Both the position numbers and the translations under genes were made by a program. A stretch of 64,000 bases of DNA from Azolla caroliniana. Its lineage: Eukaryota; Plantae; Polypodiophyta. Below, one piece after another: positions 52,301 through 64,000 of the stretch (positions within the stretch are counted from its first letter, which is position 1; the number at the start of each line of letters is the position of its first letter). Under the pieces are notes generated by a model that did not search any database, was not told where the DNA came from, and saw only the letters and a list, made by a program, of their open reading frames with translations. The stretch spans positions 5,952,001 to 6,016,000 of the forward strand of contig JBHGNT010000021.1 in NCBI GenBank assembly GCA_043228905.1, in the 5' to 3' direction.

Positions 52301-54908
52301 TTTGCTAACTTCTACTGCAAGTTTATACAGGATTACTCGAAGATTATTTTACCTCTCACACAACTTACGAAGAAGGGACAAGCATTTCTTTGGTCCAATG
52401 AAGCGGACATGGATTTTCGGCATCTTAAGAAAGCCTTTACATCAGCACCTATTCTAGCTCATGTGGATACAAGCAAACCATTCATCAAGGAGGCCGATGC
52501 ATTAGATTTCGCCCTCGGTAGCATCCTTTCTCAACAAGGAGATAAAGAAGAGTTACATCCTGTGGCTTTCCATTCGCGCAAATTCAATGCGGCGGAAATC
52601 AACTATGAAATACATGACAAGGAGTTATTAGCCATCGTGGATTCATTTGTGCAATGTCGGCATTTTTTGGAGGGATCTCCACATCAGGTCATCGTCTTCA
52701 GTGATCATAAGAATCTTTCTTATTTACAAAACGCTCGTGTGCTAAATCGACGACAAGCTAGGTGGGCTCAATTCCTCACACGTTTTGATTTCAAAATCAC
52801 ATATCGACCGGGGAAGCAGCAAGGAAAGGCAGATACACTATCACGATGTTCATATCTTGCAGCTCGTCCCGGTGATCCAGCGTTCGATAATCAAAAGCAA
52901 GTAATCTTGGGACCAACACGATTGCACACAACGCGGATTTTTCACACCCCAATGGATTCCCAGATTACCGACACCATACGTGCGAACTTGAAGACGGACA
53001 ATTTTGCTCAAGACATTCTGGTGCACATTGATACCTCTCGGGCATCCTGTTCCCAGTCTCAACAACCAGGTATGGACTACCGACAATTCGAATATCATGA
53101 TGGTTTGTTCTTCTTTATAAAGCTTGTATATGTCCCCGATTTCTCCGATCGCCTTCAAATCGTCCAAAGTTGTCACGACACCCATATGGCAGGGCATTTC
53201 GGTAGCACTAAGACATTGGATCTAGTTAAACGATCCTTTTGGTGGCCCCAGATGCGACGTTTTGTCGACGACTACGTTCGGACTTGTGATGCTTGTTGTC
53301 GAGCAAAGATGCCACGACACCATCCATATGGCTTGTTGGAACCCTTACCGATTCCAAGTAAGCCGTGGTAGTCTATTTGTCTTGACTTTATCACAGATCT
53401 GCCGGTCTCAAAGGGGTTCGATGTTATCTTAACCGTTGTCGATTGATATGAAGAAGGCACATTTTGTGCCATGTACTAAGGCCATCACTAGCGAGGAAAC
53501 CGCCGCCCTTGTCACGTGTGAGGTATTTCGGCATCATGGACTCCTAGACAGTATCATCAGTGACCGAGGACTACAATTCGTCTCCAAAATTTGGCAGCTT
53601 CTCTTCAAGATGCTCAAGGTCTCTTGCAACCTCTCCTCCGGCTACCATCCTCAGACCGATGGGCAGGCGGAACGAACAAACCAAACCCTGGAGCAATATC
53701 TCCGGTGTTTCCTAAGTTATCAATAGGACAATTGGGATGAGATGCTCCACTTTGCGAACTTTGCGTATAATAATGTTGTTCACTCCTCGACTTGAGTCTC
53801 CCCATTCTACGCTTATACCGGTTCTCATCCTCGCTAGTCGGTGATCGACACCTCGGAGCTACCTACCAATCCTCGTGCTGAGGATCATTTGGAAAGACTA
53901 CGCAAGATCCACATGGATCTCTCTACTCATCTTCGTCATGCTCAACAAACTCAGAAGACTTACGTGGATCGTCATCGGCTTCCCTCCTCTTTTGCCATCA
54001 GAGATCGAGTATGGCTTTTACGTCGTCACATCAAGACTACTCGACCGTGCGACAAGTTGGATTATCGACGACTCAGTCCTTTCCGTATTACCGGTAAGGT
54101 TAATGATGTCACGTTCCGCCTTGATCTTCCTCCGTATCTTCAGATACATCCGGTCTTCCATAGTTCTATTCTTGAACCTTATAAAACAAACACTATTCCC
54201 GATCGTATTACACCACCGCCGCCCCCGCTTGAGTTAGATGCCGGCCTGGAGTATGAAGTTGCTGCCATCCTCGACTCCAAATTTATTCGCAACAAACTTT
54301 ATTATTTGGTCGATTGGATCAGCTATAGTCCAAGCGAACGTACTTGGGAGTCCGTCGAGCATGTCGCCAATGCTCAGGATCTTCTTGCTGTTTTTCACCG
54401 AAAGTATCCCGACAAACCTGATCCTCAATCAACGTCGACTTGTTCCATTCGTCATCTTAAGGGGGGGATAGTGTCATGATATAGCAAGACTCGAACCCAT
54501 GATCTTATGGTAAATGGGTTGAGCTCTTAACCATCACACCATCTATTGTAATTTGTAGGATATTATTTTTATTTATGCTTTATTATAAGAAATTAATGTA
54601 TATTCTAGATTTCTCTGGAACATTCTAGAAGCTTCAAGACCACTCCTAAGAGCACTATAAAAGGAGGCACAAGGCATTGTTTTGAACCAAATTGGTTCAA
54701 CGCCAATCTTAAGCCTCTTAGCCACTTTGTACTTTTCCTTCACATAATATATTAATTGTTATCATCATCTCTCTCTCATCCTCGCTATCTCTCTCTCCTC
54801 TTCTCTCTTTCTCTCTCGGGAATCTTACGCAGTCCCGTCCTCTTAGTACTAATAGTACTTCTCTTCTTTAGTACTAATTCTCTCTCTCCTTTAGTACTAT
54901 TCCTGACA
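49304..54908 (+). mobile_element. Full-length degenerate Ty3/Gypsy chromovirus (Tcn1-like)
   Basis: LTRs 49304-49701 and 54472-54908; TSD CTTCC/CTTTC; gag KFDG and CLYCGGPGHIAINC; protease LLDSGA; RT YLDD; RNase H NYEIHDKELLAI; integrase YHPQTDGQAER; chromodomain EYEVAAILDS..YLVDW..Y...TWE; PPT GGGGGGGATAG. Confidence 0.96.
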
Positions 54909-55069
54909 CTTTCCGAGCAAGGGCTCAATGCCCTTTGTTTTGTGAGGCCGGTGGCTCTCGTTGATCATGACTCGTCGACCTTTCGAGATCACCGCACGAA
55001 CCAAGTGATCAAATGGGTACAAGCAAGATGAGCACGCAAGATGAACGCACAAGGAGACGATAACACAAA

Positions 55070-55905
55070 CACAAATTCCCGTACGTCTTTATGAGGAAGA
55101 GAGGTGTATGGGCAAGCCTGAACGCTCCCTCGTCACAAGACGACTGAACATATAAGGAAGTCACAAACACACGTACAAATGCTCGTACGTCTTTATGAGG
55201 AGGAGAGGTGCATGGGCACGCCTGGAACGCTCCCTCGTCACAAGACGGCCGAACGTACAAGGAAGACACAAACACACACACAAAATGCTCGTACGCCTTT
55301 ATGAGGTGGAGAGGCGCATGGGCCAGCCCGAACGCTCCCTCGTCACGAGACGACCGAACGTACAAGGAAGACACAAACACACACACAAAATGCTCGTACG
55401 CCTTTATGAGGAGGAGAGGTGCATGGGCAAGCCCGAAATGCTCCCTCGTCACAAGACGGCCGAATGTACAAGGAAGACACAAACACATGCACAAATGCTC
55501 GTGCGTCTTTATGAGGAGAAGAGGTGCATGGGCACGCTCGAAATGCTCCCTCGTCACAAGACGGCCGAACGTACAACGAAGATAAAAACACACGCACAAA
55601 TGCTCGTATGCCTTTATGAGGAGGAGAGGTGCATGGGCAAGCCCGAAACGGTCCCTCGTCACAAGATGGCCGAACGTACAAGGAAAACACAAACATACGC
55701 ACAAAATGCTCGTACGCCTTTATGAGGAGGAGAGGTGCATGGGCAAGCCCGAAACGGTCCCTCGTCACAAGACAGCCGAACATACAAGGAAGACACAAAC
55801 ACACGCACAAATGCTCGTACGTCTTTATGAGGAGGAGAGGTGCATGGGCACGCCCGAAACACTCCCTCGTCACAAGACGGCCGAATGTACAAGGAAGACA
55901 CGAAC
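55070..55905. repeat. ~105-bp tandem repeat, 8 copies
   Basis: GCTCGTACG anchors at ~55077, 55181, 55287, 55392, 55497, 55602, 55708 and 55813. Confidence 0.95.
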
Positions 55906-55961
55906 AAGGAAAGAAGGAAAGAAAGAAACACGAATGATATCGGCCAAAGAAATAAATACGT

Positions 55962-58900
55962 TGTCGCGTTGTTACGCGCGTGCGTGGAGAACAAGGCGGG
56001 ACCACTGGGGTCTTGGACCGAGGAATAGGTGGGGAAAAGAGAGAGAGGGAGAGAGAGACACACTCACACACAAATAGACAAAGAAGCGCGCGGGAACGCA
56101 GCCCAATGAACACAAGAGACACAAGTTGGGCAGGAGACAGAGTATAAGAACACGTTGTCGTGAAGAAAACCGTCCCCTGGCGCAATCGGTGAATAGCGCA
56201 CATGAACCGGCCCTTCACGTGTGCGCACTCTTACTGTATATAATAGAGAATTAGGTACAGAGAGAGATCCGGGGTAGTTAGATTTGGTAGGTAGGAAGTA
56301 AATGAGGGAGACGGCTCCCTTCTTGACGCTATAAAGGAGAGGGAGAAGCAGGGAGAAGAGATAGCGCACTGAGGAGGACGAAGTGCTGTCGGACCGGAAC
56401 CGAACGCTTCTCCTCTATCTGTTCTCTGTTTCCCTTCTCTGCAGGTTTCGGGAGGCTCGCGCTGCTTCGAGGAACGCCCGTGTGCTTCCGGCAGCACGTC
56501 CATCCTATTCCCATTTCGTGCGTAGACGAACAGGCATCGGCATCTGTCCGCTGGCCTGTTCGGTTGTAGCCGCTCGCGTGTTCTGCTGTGTACTCGTTAT
56601 TCGTTAATATACAAACACTTGTTTCTTCCTGTCTCTGTGTCCATTCGCGTCTTCTGTGTTGAAGGGCCACGCCCCTGTGTTTCTTTGCTCATACGTGACC
56701 GAGCGTCTCTCTCCTTCTCTTTCCCCTTCTATCACCTACTCTTCGGTTCAAGACCCCGGTGGTTCCGCCTTGTTTCTCCACGCACGTGCGTAACAACGCG
56801 ACATCTTTGGTGAACCCGACGTGAAACAGGCGGCAGAGGAGCAGAAGATGAGGGGGTCGGATCTTGCAGAGGCCATGGCTTCGGCCGTGGACCGGATAGT
56901 GAGCGCGCGCGAGGGCACCGGCGCCCTTGACAGGGCTATTGAGGCGATCGTCTGTATGATCGGCTGGTTCAGTGGAAAGGATGCCACGAGTTATTTGGCA
57001 TCCTATCGGGCGAAGATGTTGATGAGGGATATTCCGGAAGAGAGGCGTCTTGCCGGATTCCCTCGAGTGGCGATGCGAGGCATCCATGCGGATGTACTCG
57101 AGGTCCGGGTGGAGAGCCGGACCTGGGAAGAGTTCGAAGGACGGCTCCTGGAGAAATACGAGCTGGATGACGCGCTTCGACTTTCGAAGCGAAGCTTCAT
57201 GGAGTGGGTGGAGTCCCCCAACAAAGGAAGAAATGCGTCCGTACTCCTCCGGGAGTTTGAGGAATGCTTTGTGCGCCTTTCGGCGCTCGATCGGACTGTT
57301 CTGGACACAAGTCGTGTCCTACTGTTTGTCAAATCGGTTGACGCACGGGATCGGGGGCAAGTTGGCTCCTTATTGGAAACCGAAGACGGGCTGACGACTG
57401 ACTGGGCCGCGGTAAAGAGAGTCTACGGCCGTTTTGACAAACGGTGGGAATGGGCTGATACAGAGGTGACCGGGGCGGGACCTGTCACAGCAAGGAAGCT
57501 CGAACCGATTCCGCAGACACGAAGGGAAGAGACCCGGGAGTGGCTCGAAACCAGTTCGCCTTCGGCCGGCGTGATCAGAGGCTCGTCCGGGGGAACAACT
57601 CTGGAGGATTTGACACGAGCGGTAAAGGATCTCCAGATCGCCCAGGCTCGGAGGGAAGGCGGCGATCAGGCTCGTGACCGACGGCCTCCGGCAGGAAGTA
57701 GGTGCATGTGGTGCGACGAGGTCGGCCACATCCGAAAAGACTGCGGGGACTTTATGGAGGCTTTGAGAAGTCGGGTAGTGTACTTGTGGGAAGGTTGGGT
57801 GCACGCCAGCGATACCCGGAGGGCCTTGAACCGAAACGACGGAAGAGGAGGAATGAAAAGGTTGATGGAAGAGGCGGCAGCCCGGCACGCGGAGACCGTC
57901 CACTACTTAGCGTCAGCCGGTATTCGGGTCGGGGGCAGCGGGGCCCGGTAGGAGAGCAAAGCCGAGTTCTGGCCGACGGTGCTGGAAGGCCTCACTGGTG
58001 CCCGACTGAAGAGGGACGAGGCGAACCGCGCGGAGAAGCGGGTCCAGGAGGTAACCGGGTGGAGTAACCCGGTCGAAGAAAAGACGGGTTTCATCGAAGC
58101 AGCTTGCCAGAACTACGAGGCTCTGGTTGAAGACAAACGGGTGGGTAGAAACGGAGGGACCGGACCCTCATAAAGATACGAAACCCGATTCGGCCGAAAC
58201 GGAACGAGGTCGGTGAGTCCAGTGCCCAGGATAACCACAAGAAGGGCGAATACCGGTTGGGCACGGAGATCGAAAGGACCACGGACCTACGAAAGGTCGT
58301 GGAAGAACGAATCCTCGACAGCAAGGTGGAACTGTCGTTGCGAGAGGTGCTCGGGATAGCCAAGAAGGAGTTCCACGACTCCATCGTGGACTTGGTGAAG
58401 AGGAAGAGGCTATCGACGGAGGTAGAACTGGAAAGGCCGGTGGAAGTGCGGACGACGCACATAGAGGAAATGGCGTTGGAAGAAGAGTGGGCGGAGAGCC
58501 ACTATTTGAGGCCACACTGGGCCCGAGCAACAACGGAAACCCCGGTGAAAATCGGAGATGTTCAGGAACCGGTGGTGGCACTGGTGGACCATGGTTCGGA
58601 GATAAACCTTATGTCCATGGACTTCTACAAAAAGGGGAAATGGCCAATCAACACTTAGCACGGGTGGAAGATACGGGCGGCGACGCGCGCCACCGAGGAA
58701 CTACACGGGGCCTGCCCAAACGTACGAGTCAAGATCGGCGACGTCGAAATAGACCAGCACTTCTTTGTGCAGGAAACGTCCTCACACCCGGTCATTCTAG
58801 GGGAACCGTACATTACGGCGGCGCGAATGGAGACCAAGGTGCTGGACAACGGGTCGGCTTACACGAGGGTCAAGAGCCAAGACGGGCGTCATTCAGTCCA

Positions 58901-61900
58901 GTTCCTGACGGTACGACCCAACCACGAGCGAAACCGCGAGTCCCTCGGTGGCGAGAACCGGGAGGATTTTTAGAGAGGGCTGCAAAGGCGTGGGGCCGCG
59001 ACAGTCCGGACACTCCAGGAAAACCCCACAAATGTACGATAAAAGCGAAACCAAAGAATCCTTGTACCATAAGTAGGAAGTTTTGTTTCTCCAACAACGG
59101 AGGGTGTACGATAGTCGGCATCGTAGGTTGAGAAAAGACAAGGGCGGAAGAGCGACTTCGGGTGTGCGGAGTTCTCGGGCCCAACGAGGAAATCAACGGA
59201 GCCGTGGAGGCGGTCTCTTTCGACGATACCTTGGGAATATTGCGAGAGGTGGTCGGAGAGGGCCTTAAAGAGGACCAGACGATACCGGTTTGTTTAGAAG
59301 AGATGTATGGAGTCATCGCGGACTTCAGTCGGGGGCTCGAGTCGGATCGGATGGCCTGGGTTAACACGAAGTACAAGACTGTGGACCGGAAGGTAAGGCC
59401 AGTCGTGGCACCCTTACCGGAGGGCAGCGAGTTGCAAATCGAAGGGGTCGCGTCGGACCCCAGTTTACGTGATCCGGCCTGCATAGGACACACCTTCACC
59501 GACAGAACGCTACGAGAGCTCAAAATCGGTGGGGGCGGGTTCCTACTGCCGGTAGAAGAAGACCAGTTTCGGAGAATGCTCGGAAGGCACGGGAAAGCCT
59601 TCGCATTCTTGCCGGAAGAAATCGGGTGCGTAGAGCCGACAGTCGTGAAGCCGATGGTGATATTCACGGTACCGCATGTACCATGGAATCTGAAGCCAAT
59701 TTCAGTACCAAGAGCTCACATCCCGGAGCTGATGGAGCTATTGAGGCAGAAAGTTGATATGGGCATCCTCGAACCGTCGAGTGCCCCGTACTCGAACCGG
59801 TGGTTTACTGTACCGAAGAAGAACGGGACGTTGCGCTTCATTCAAGACCTGCAACCGGTCAACAGAGTGACCATTCGGAACGCAGGAATCGGACCAACGA
59901 TAGACGAGTTCGTGGAGGCCTTCGCCGAAAGGTCGATCTACTCGGTCGGTGATCTATACTCGGGGTACGATCAGTTCCAACTAGCCGTAGAGAGCAGAGA
60001 CATTACGACGATGAGGACTCCTCTCGGCCTAGTACGGATGTGCACCCTGCCGCAAGGAGGGACGAACTCGGTGGCCCACATGGTGAATGCGATGAACAAG
60101 GTGCTGAGGGATTGTATCCTGAACGTCACCATGCCATTCTTGGACGACATCCCGATCAAGGGATGTCCGGTGGAGTAAAGGGACGAAACGATCGGACCGG
60201 ACGGATGCCGGAAATTCGTGACGACACACATTGACGACTGCGAGAGGGTGCTGCAGAGGCTAGAGGACGCGAGGCTTACCTTCTCCGGGGAAAAATCGTC
60301 CTTCGGGCAATCAGAGATCATGGTCGTCAGACATCTATGCGGACCGTATGGCCGGAAACCGTCTCCAGCAAAGGTGGAAGCCATCTCCGCAATGAAGCCC
60401 GACTGTAACTCGGTCACGGAGGTACAAAGGTTCTTGGGAGCATGCACGTTCTACCACACATGGATCCCACATTACGCCCACGTTGCCGAGCCGCTATACG
60501 GGTTGCTAAAAAAGGGGCGAAAATTCGAGTGGCGAGATGAGCATACGGAGACAGTGCGAAAGATGAAGGAGGCTCTTGCTGCGGCTCCGGCACTCCGGAA
60601 GGCTGTCTACGAGAAAGGCACTCCCGTCTACATAACGGTAGATACGAGTCCGACCGGGATTGGATGGGTCGTTAACCAAGAAGACGAGGACGGCATCTGG
60701 TTCCCAATCCGGTTCGGCGCGAAGGTCCTCAGCGAGCGACAACGAGGATACGCCCAGGTTAAACGCGAACTCTGGGGTATCGTTTCGGCGGTAAAGGCCG
60801 ATAAAGACTATCTGATTGGGACAGAGGTGATTATTGAGACGGACTGCCTGTCGATTCTCGGCATGGTTTCCGGATGCGCAACCCCGGACCTGGCGATGCT
60901 CAGGTGGATAGCGTACATCAAGTCCCTGGATCCGGAAATACGACACATTTTCGGGAAAGACAATGCCATGGCCGACATGCTTTCGAGGGTGCGATTCAAC
61001 GATGAGGGCGGCATGGTTTCAGAGGACGAGGAAGTCGGCGTAGACTTCTTCGAGGCGGCTTACGTAACAACCGAGGGGGGGAGCACTCCGGCGCTTATCG
61101 ATTTCAACGAGAGCAAGTACGACGGGGAGTGGCTGCAGATTGCGGGATTCTTAAGGACAATGATGCCGGACGCATCGTGGACAAGGGACGAGGCCAACCG
61201 GATCCGGAAGAAAGCGTACCGGTTCTTTCTCCGAAACAGATACTTGTGGAAGCACCCGAAGAAGAGGAACGACATCCCACTCCGAGTAGTGGCGACGAAG
61301 GAGGAACAGGAGGAATTGCTGAAGGCCTACCACGACAGCCCCTGGGCTGGGCACCGTGGGACGTGGGCCACGTTCGAGAAGCTGAAGGGGAAGTACTAGT
61401 GGCCGGGCCTGTACCGGGACGTGCATCGGTTCGTGACAACTTGTGAGAGCTGTCAAGTGCACTCCGTAGTCCGACATCGGGACGAGCTTCACCCCACATA
61501 CCCTCCGGCCATCCACTTCAAATGGATGGTAGATTTGGTGACGATGCCGATGGGCGTAGGACAGATGCGATATCTGGTGCTGGCCCGGGAGGACCTGACG
61601 AACCAGGTGGAAGGTCGAGCCCTGCAGAACAAAACGATCGCGGCCGTGTGTCGGTTCCTGATTGAGGACGTGATATGCCGGTACGGGTGCGTCGGAAAGA
61701 TCGTGACTGACCGCGGGGAGTTGGATGCCGAAGAGGCCGAGGAGCTGTTCAACCGGTTGGGGGTCAAGCTCTCGCTCACCACAACGTACAATCCGGAGGC
61801 AAATGGGAAGGTAGAGCGCGGGCACGGGCCAATCGTCAAAGCGCTAGTCCGGGCATACGGAGACCAGGTCGGGAACTGGCCGCGGCTGTTACCCTATGCC

Positions 61901-64000
61901 TTGTGGCGGACCGGACAACGCACAGTTCGGTAACCGGGTTCATGCCGTTGGAACTCATGTTCGGACAGAAGCCAATCATGCTGATGGAACGGACGATCTC
62001 CTCATGGGCGACAGTAGACTGGAGCGACGAAATGAGTCGGGAAGAACTGCTAGCGGCGCATATACGGCAGCTCGAGCGGAGGCCAGAGGACGTGGAATGA
62101 GCGGCGGAAAGACTTCGAGCGGCGAGGATGAAGAACAAAGCCCGGTTCGACCGGACACACCGGCTCCGACCGAAGAAAATCGAGGAAGGCGACTGGGTGC
62201 TAGTTTACGACAGCAGCCCCGACAACCAGCACCGAGCAACACGGAAGTTCGCGAAGTGGTGGTTTGGGCCTTACGTGGTAACGAGCGCCAACGACAATGG
62301 GACATATCACTTGGCGGAACTCGACGGTACGAGGATGGCGATGCCGGTAGCAGGGAAGCGGGTCAAAGCGTTCAAGAAATGCCGCGAAGACGAACCGGAT
62401 CTAAGAGGCCTGGACAGCGAAGACGAACAGTCGAAAACGGAGGTCGAACCGATGGACGAAGAAACGGGACCAAGACCGGTTTTCTCCAACCAGAAACCAA
62501 TTTTGGCGCATACCGGTGGATGCGCGGTTAGGTGGGGGCGGATGTCGTGAAGAAAACCGTCCCCTGGCGCAATCGGTGAATAGCGCACATGAACCGGCCC
62601 TTCACGTGTGCGCACTCTTAATGTATATAATAGAGAATTAGGCACAGAGAGAGATCCGGGGTAGTTAGATTCGGTAGGTAGGAAGTAAATGAGGGAGACG
62701 ACTCCCTTCTTGACGCTATAAAGGAGAGGGAGACGCAGGGAGAAGAGATAGCGCATTGAGGAGGACGAAGTGTTGTCGGACCGGAACCGAACGCTTCTCC
62801 TCTGTCTGTTCTCTGTTGCGCTTCTCTGCAGGTTTCGGGAGGCTCGCGCTGCTTCGAGGAACGCCCGTGTGCTTCCGGCAGCACCTCCATCCTATTCCCA
62901 TTTCGTGCGTAGACGAACAGGCATCGGCATCTGTCCGCCCACCTGTTTGGTTGTAGCCGCTCGCGTGTTCTGTTGTGTACTCGTTATTCGTTAATATACA
63001 AACACTTGTTTCTTCCTGTCTCTGTGTCCATTCGCGTCTTCTGTTTTGACGGGCCACGCCCCTGTGTTTCTTTGCTCATACGTGACCGCGCGTCTCTCTC
63101 CTTCTCTTTCCCCTTCTATCACCTGCTCTTCAGTTCAAGACCCCGGTGGTCCCGCCTTGTTTCTCCATGCACGCGCGTAACAACGCGACAACGTATATAA
63201 ATATATGTATGCAGATGACTAGAACGGTTCCAACCGAACCGGTCGGCGAGACGGGTGTCGACAGCTGATCACGCACGCACACAGGGGAGCAAGATGGAGA
63301 TTCTGCCGAAAGCACACGAGCGTTCCACGGAGCAGAATCAGCCTCTCGAGAACCTGCGCAAAGAAAGCTTATGGAGAACGACACGGGAGAGGAGCTCGGT
63401 CCCAGTTCGACAGCACTTCCCTGCTATCGGTACCGCCATTCTCGTACCGTCGAGCTCTGCGAGATGGTACGTCCCATTCTTGTTGGCGCCTGTTACTACG
63501 TAAGGCCCGAACCACCCCCTCGCAAACTTCCGCGTGGGCCTGTGCTGATTGTCGAGACTGCTGTCGTAGACTAGCACCCAATCGCCTTCCTCGATCTTCC
63601 TTGGCCTGGACCGGTGTGTTCGGTCGAACCGGGTTTTGTTCCTTATCCTCGCTACTTGAAGTTTCTCCGCGGCCTGTTCTACGTCCTCTGGCCTCCGCTC
63701 GAGCTGTCGAATCCGCGCCGCCAACAGTTCCTCCCGACTCATCTCGTCCCTGCAGTCCACCGTGGCCCACGAGGAGATCGTTCGTTCTGTTGGCATGATC
63801 GGCTTCTGTCCGAACATCAGCTCGGCCGGCATGAACCCGGTTACCGAACTGTGCGTAGTCCAGTCCGCCCACAAGGCATAAGGTAGCAGCCATGGCTAGT
63901 CCCCGACTCGGCCTCTGCACGCCCGTACTAGCGCTTTGACAATTGGCCCGTGTCCGCGCTCCACCTTCCCGTTCGCCTCCGGATTGTACGCTGTGGTGAG
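55962..64000 (-). mobile_element. Gypsy Y: 3' LTR (55962-56155 and 63195-63420) plus integrase C-terminus (63420-64000), split by element Z
   Basis: ORF 63338-63874 is homologous to the integrase at 61903-62550; LTR part is homologous to 56381 onward; preceded by ACGT. Confidence 0.85.
56156..63190 (+). mobile_element. Gypsy Z: near full-length non-chromovirus Ty3/Gypsy with tRNA-Trp PBS and 4-bp TSD
   Basis: LTRs 56156-56803 and 62544-63190; TSD ACGT; PBS TGGTGAACCCGACGTGAA at 56808; gag CMWCDEVGHIRKDC, protease LVDHGSEIN, RT PFLDD, RNase H, integrase YNPEANGKVER; scattered stops. Confidence 0.96.

Larger units (their letters stand above)
49178..55961 (-). mobile_element. LTR-like sequence of a Gypsy-related element (X), interrupted by the chromovirus and by element Y
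   Basis: Starts TGTCGCG..CGCGTG..GGCGGGACCAC.GGGGTCTTGGAC, similar to the terminus at 55962 and to the reverse complement of the 3' end of the 56156 LTR. Confidence 0.55.

Noticed and set aside
55070-55905. Possible CRISPR array or hammerhead-ribozyme multimer (CTTTATGAG..CGAAA)
   Set aside because: No unique spacers and no cas genes; the CUGANGA core is not present on either strand
57003-62756. Many antisense and alternate-frame ORFs in Gypsy Z (possible env or extra ORF)
   Set aside because: Expected in GC-rich coding DNA; no motifs, and no room for an extra ORF before the 3' LTR

Overview
Eukaryotic, repeat-rich plant nuclear DNA; the PLS-PPR style and the Tcn1-like chromovirus suggest a seed-free plant such as a fern (inference). 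Three host genes are supported: a six-exon CREST-family alkaline-phytoceramidase/SAG18-like gene (+, 11924-18800), an intronless PLS-class PPR gene ending in a truncated E domain (-, 22101-24734) with a 193-bp duplication of its 3' end, and a three-exon GPI-anchored nsLTP/xylogen-like gene (+, 29300-31836). Bases 1-11.7 kb hold a decayed L1 LINE split by a non-autonomous LTR element and a Copia, followed by an RTE-like LINE. From 33.9 kb to the window end is one deep nest of Copia and Gypsy elements whose insertion order can be read from the TSDs. Most interesting: (1) two chromovirus-type elements lack a tRNA PBS, show a Tf1-like self-priming complement, and both carry an antisense tRNA-like A-box/B-box cassette at the U3 tip of their LTRs; (2) a tRNA-Trp-primed Gypsy family whose insertions abut ACGT at three sites, with a candidate -1 frameshift site after the protease; (3) a plastid/bacterial-type tRNA-Gln relic in an intron. 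Coordinates were read by eye and may be off by a few bases; no database searches were run.
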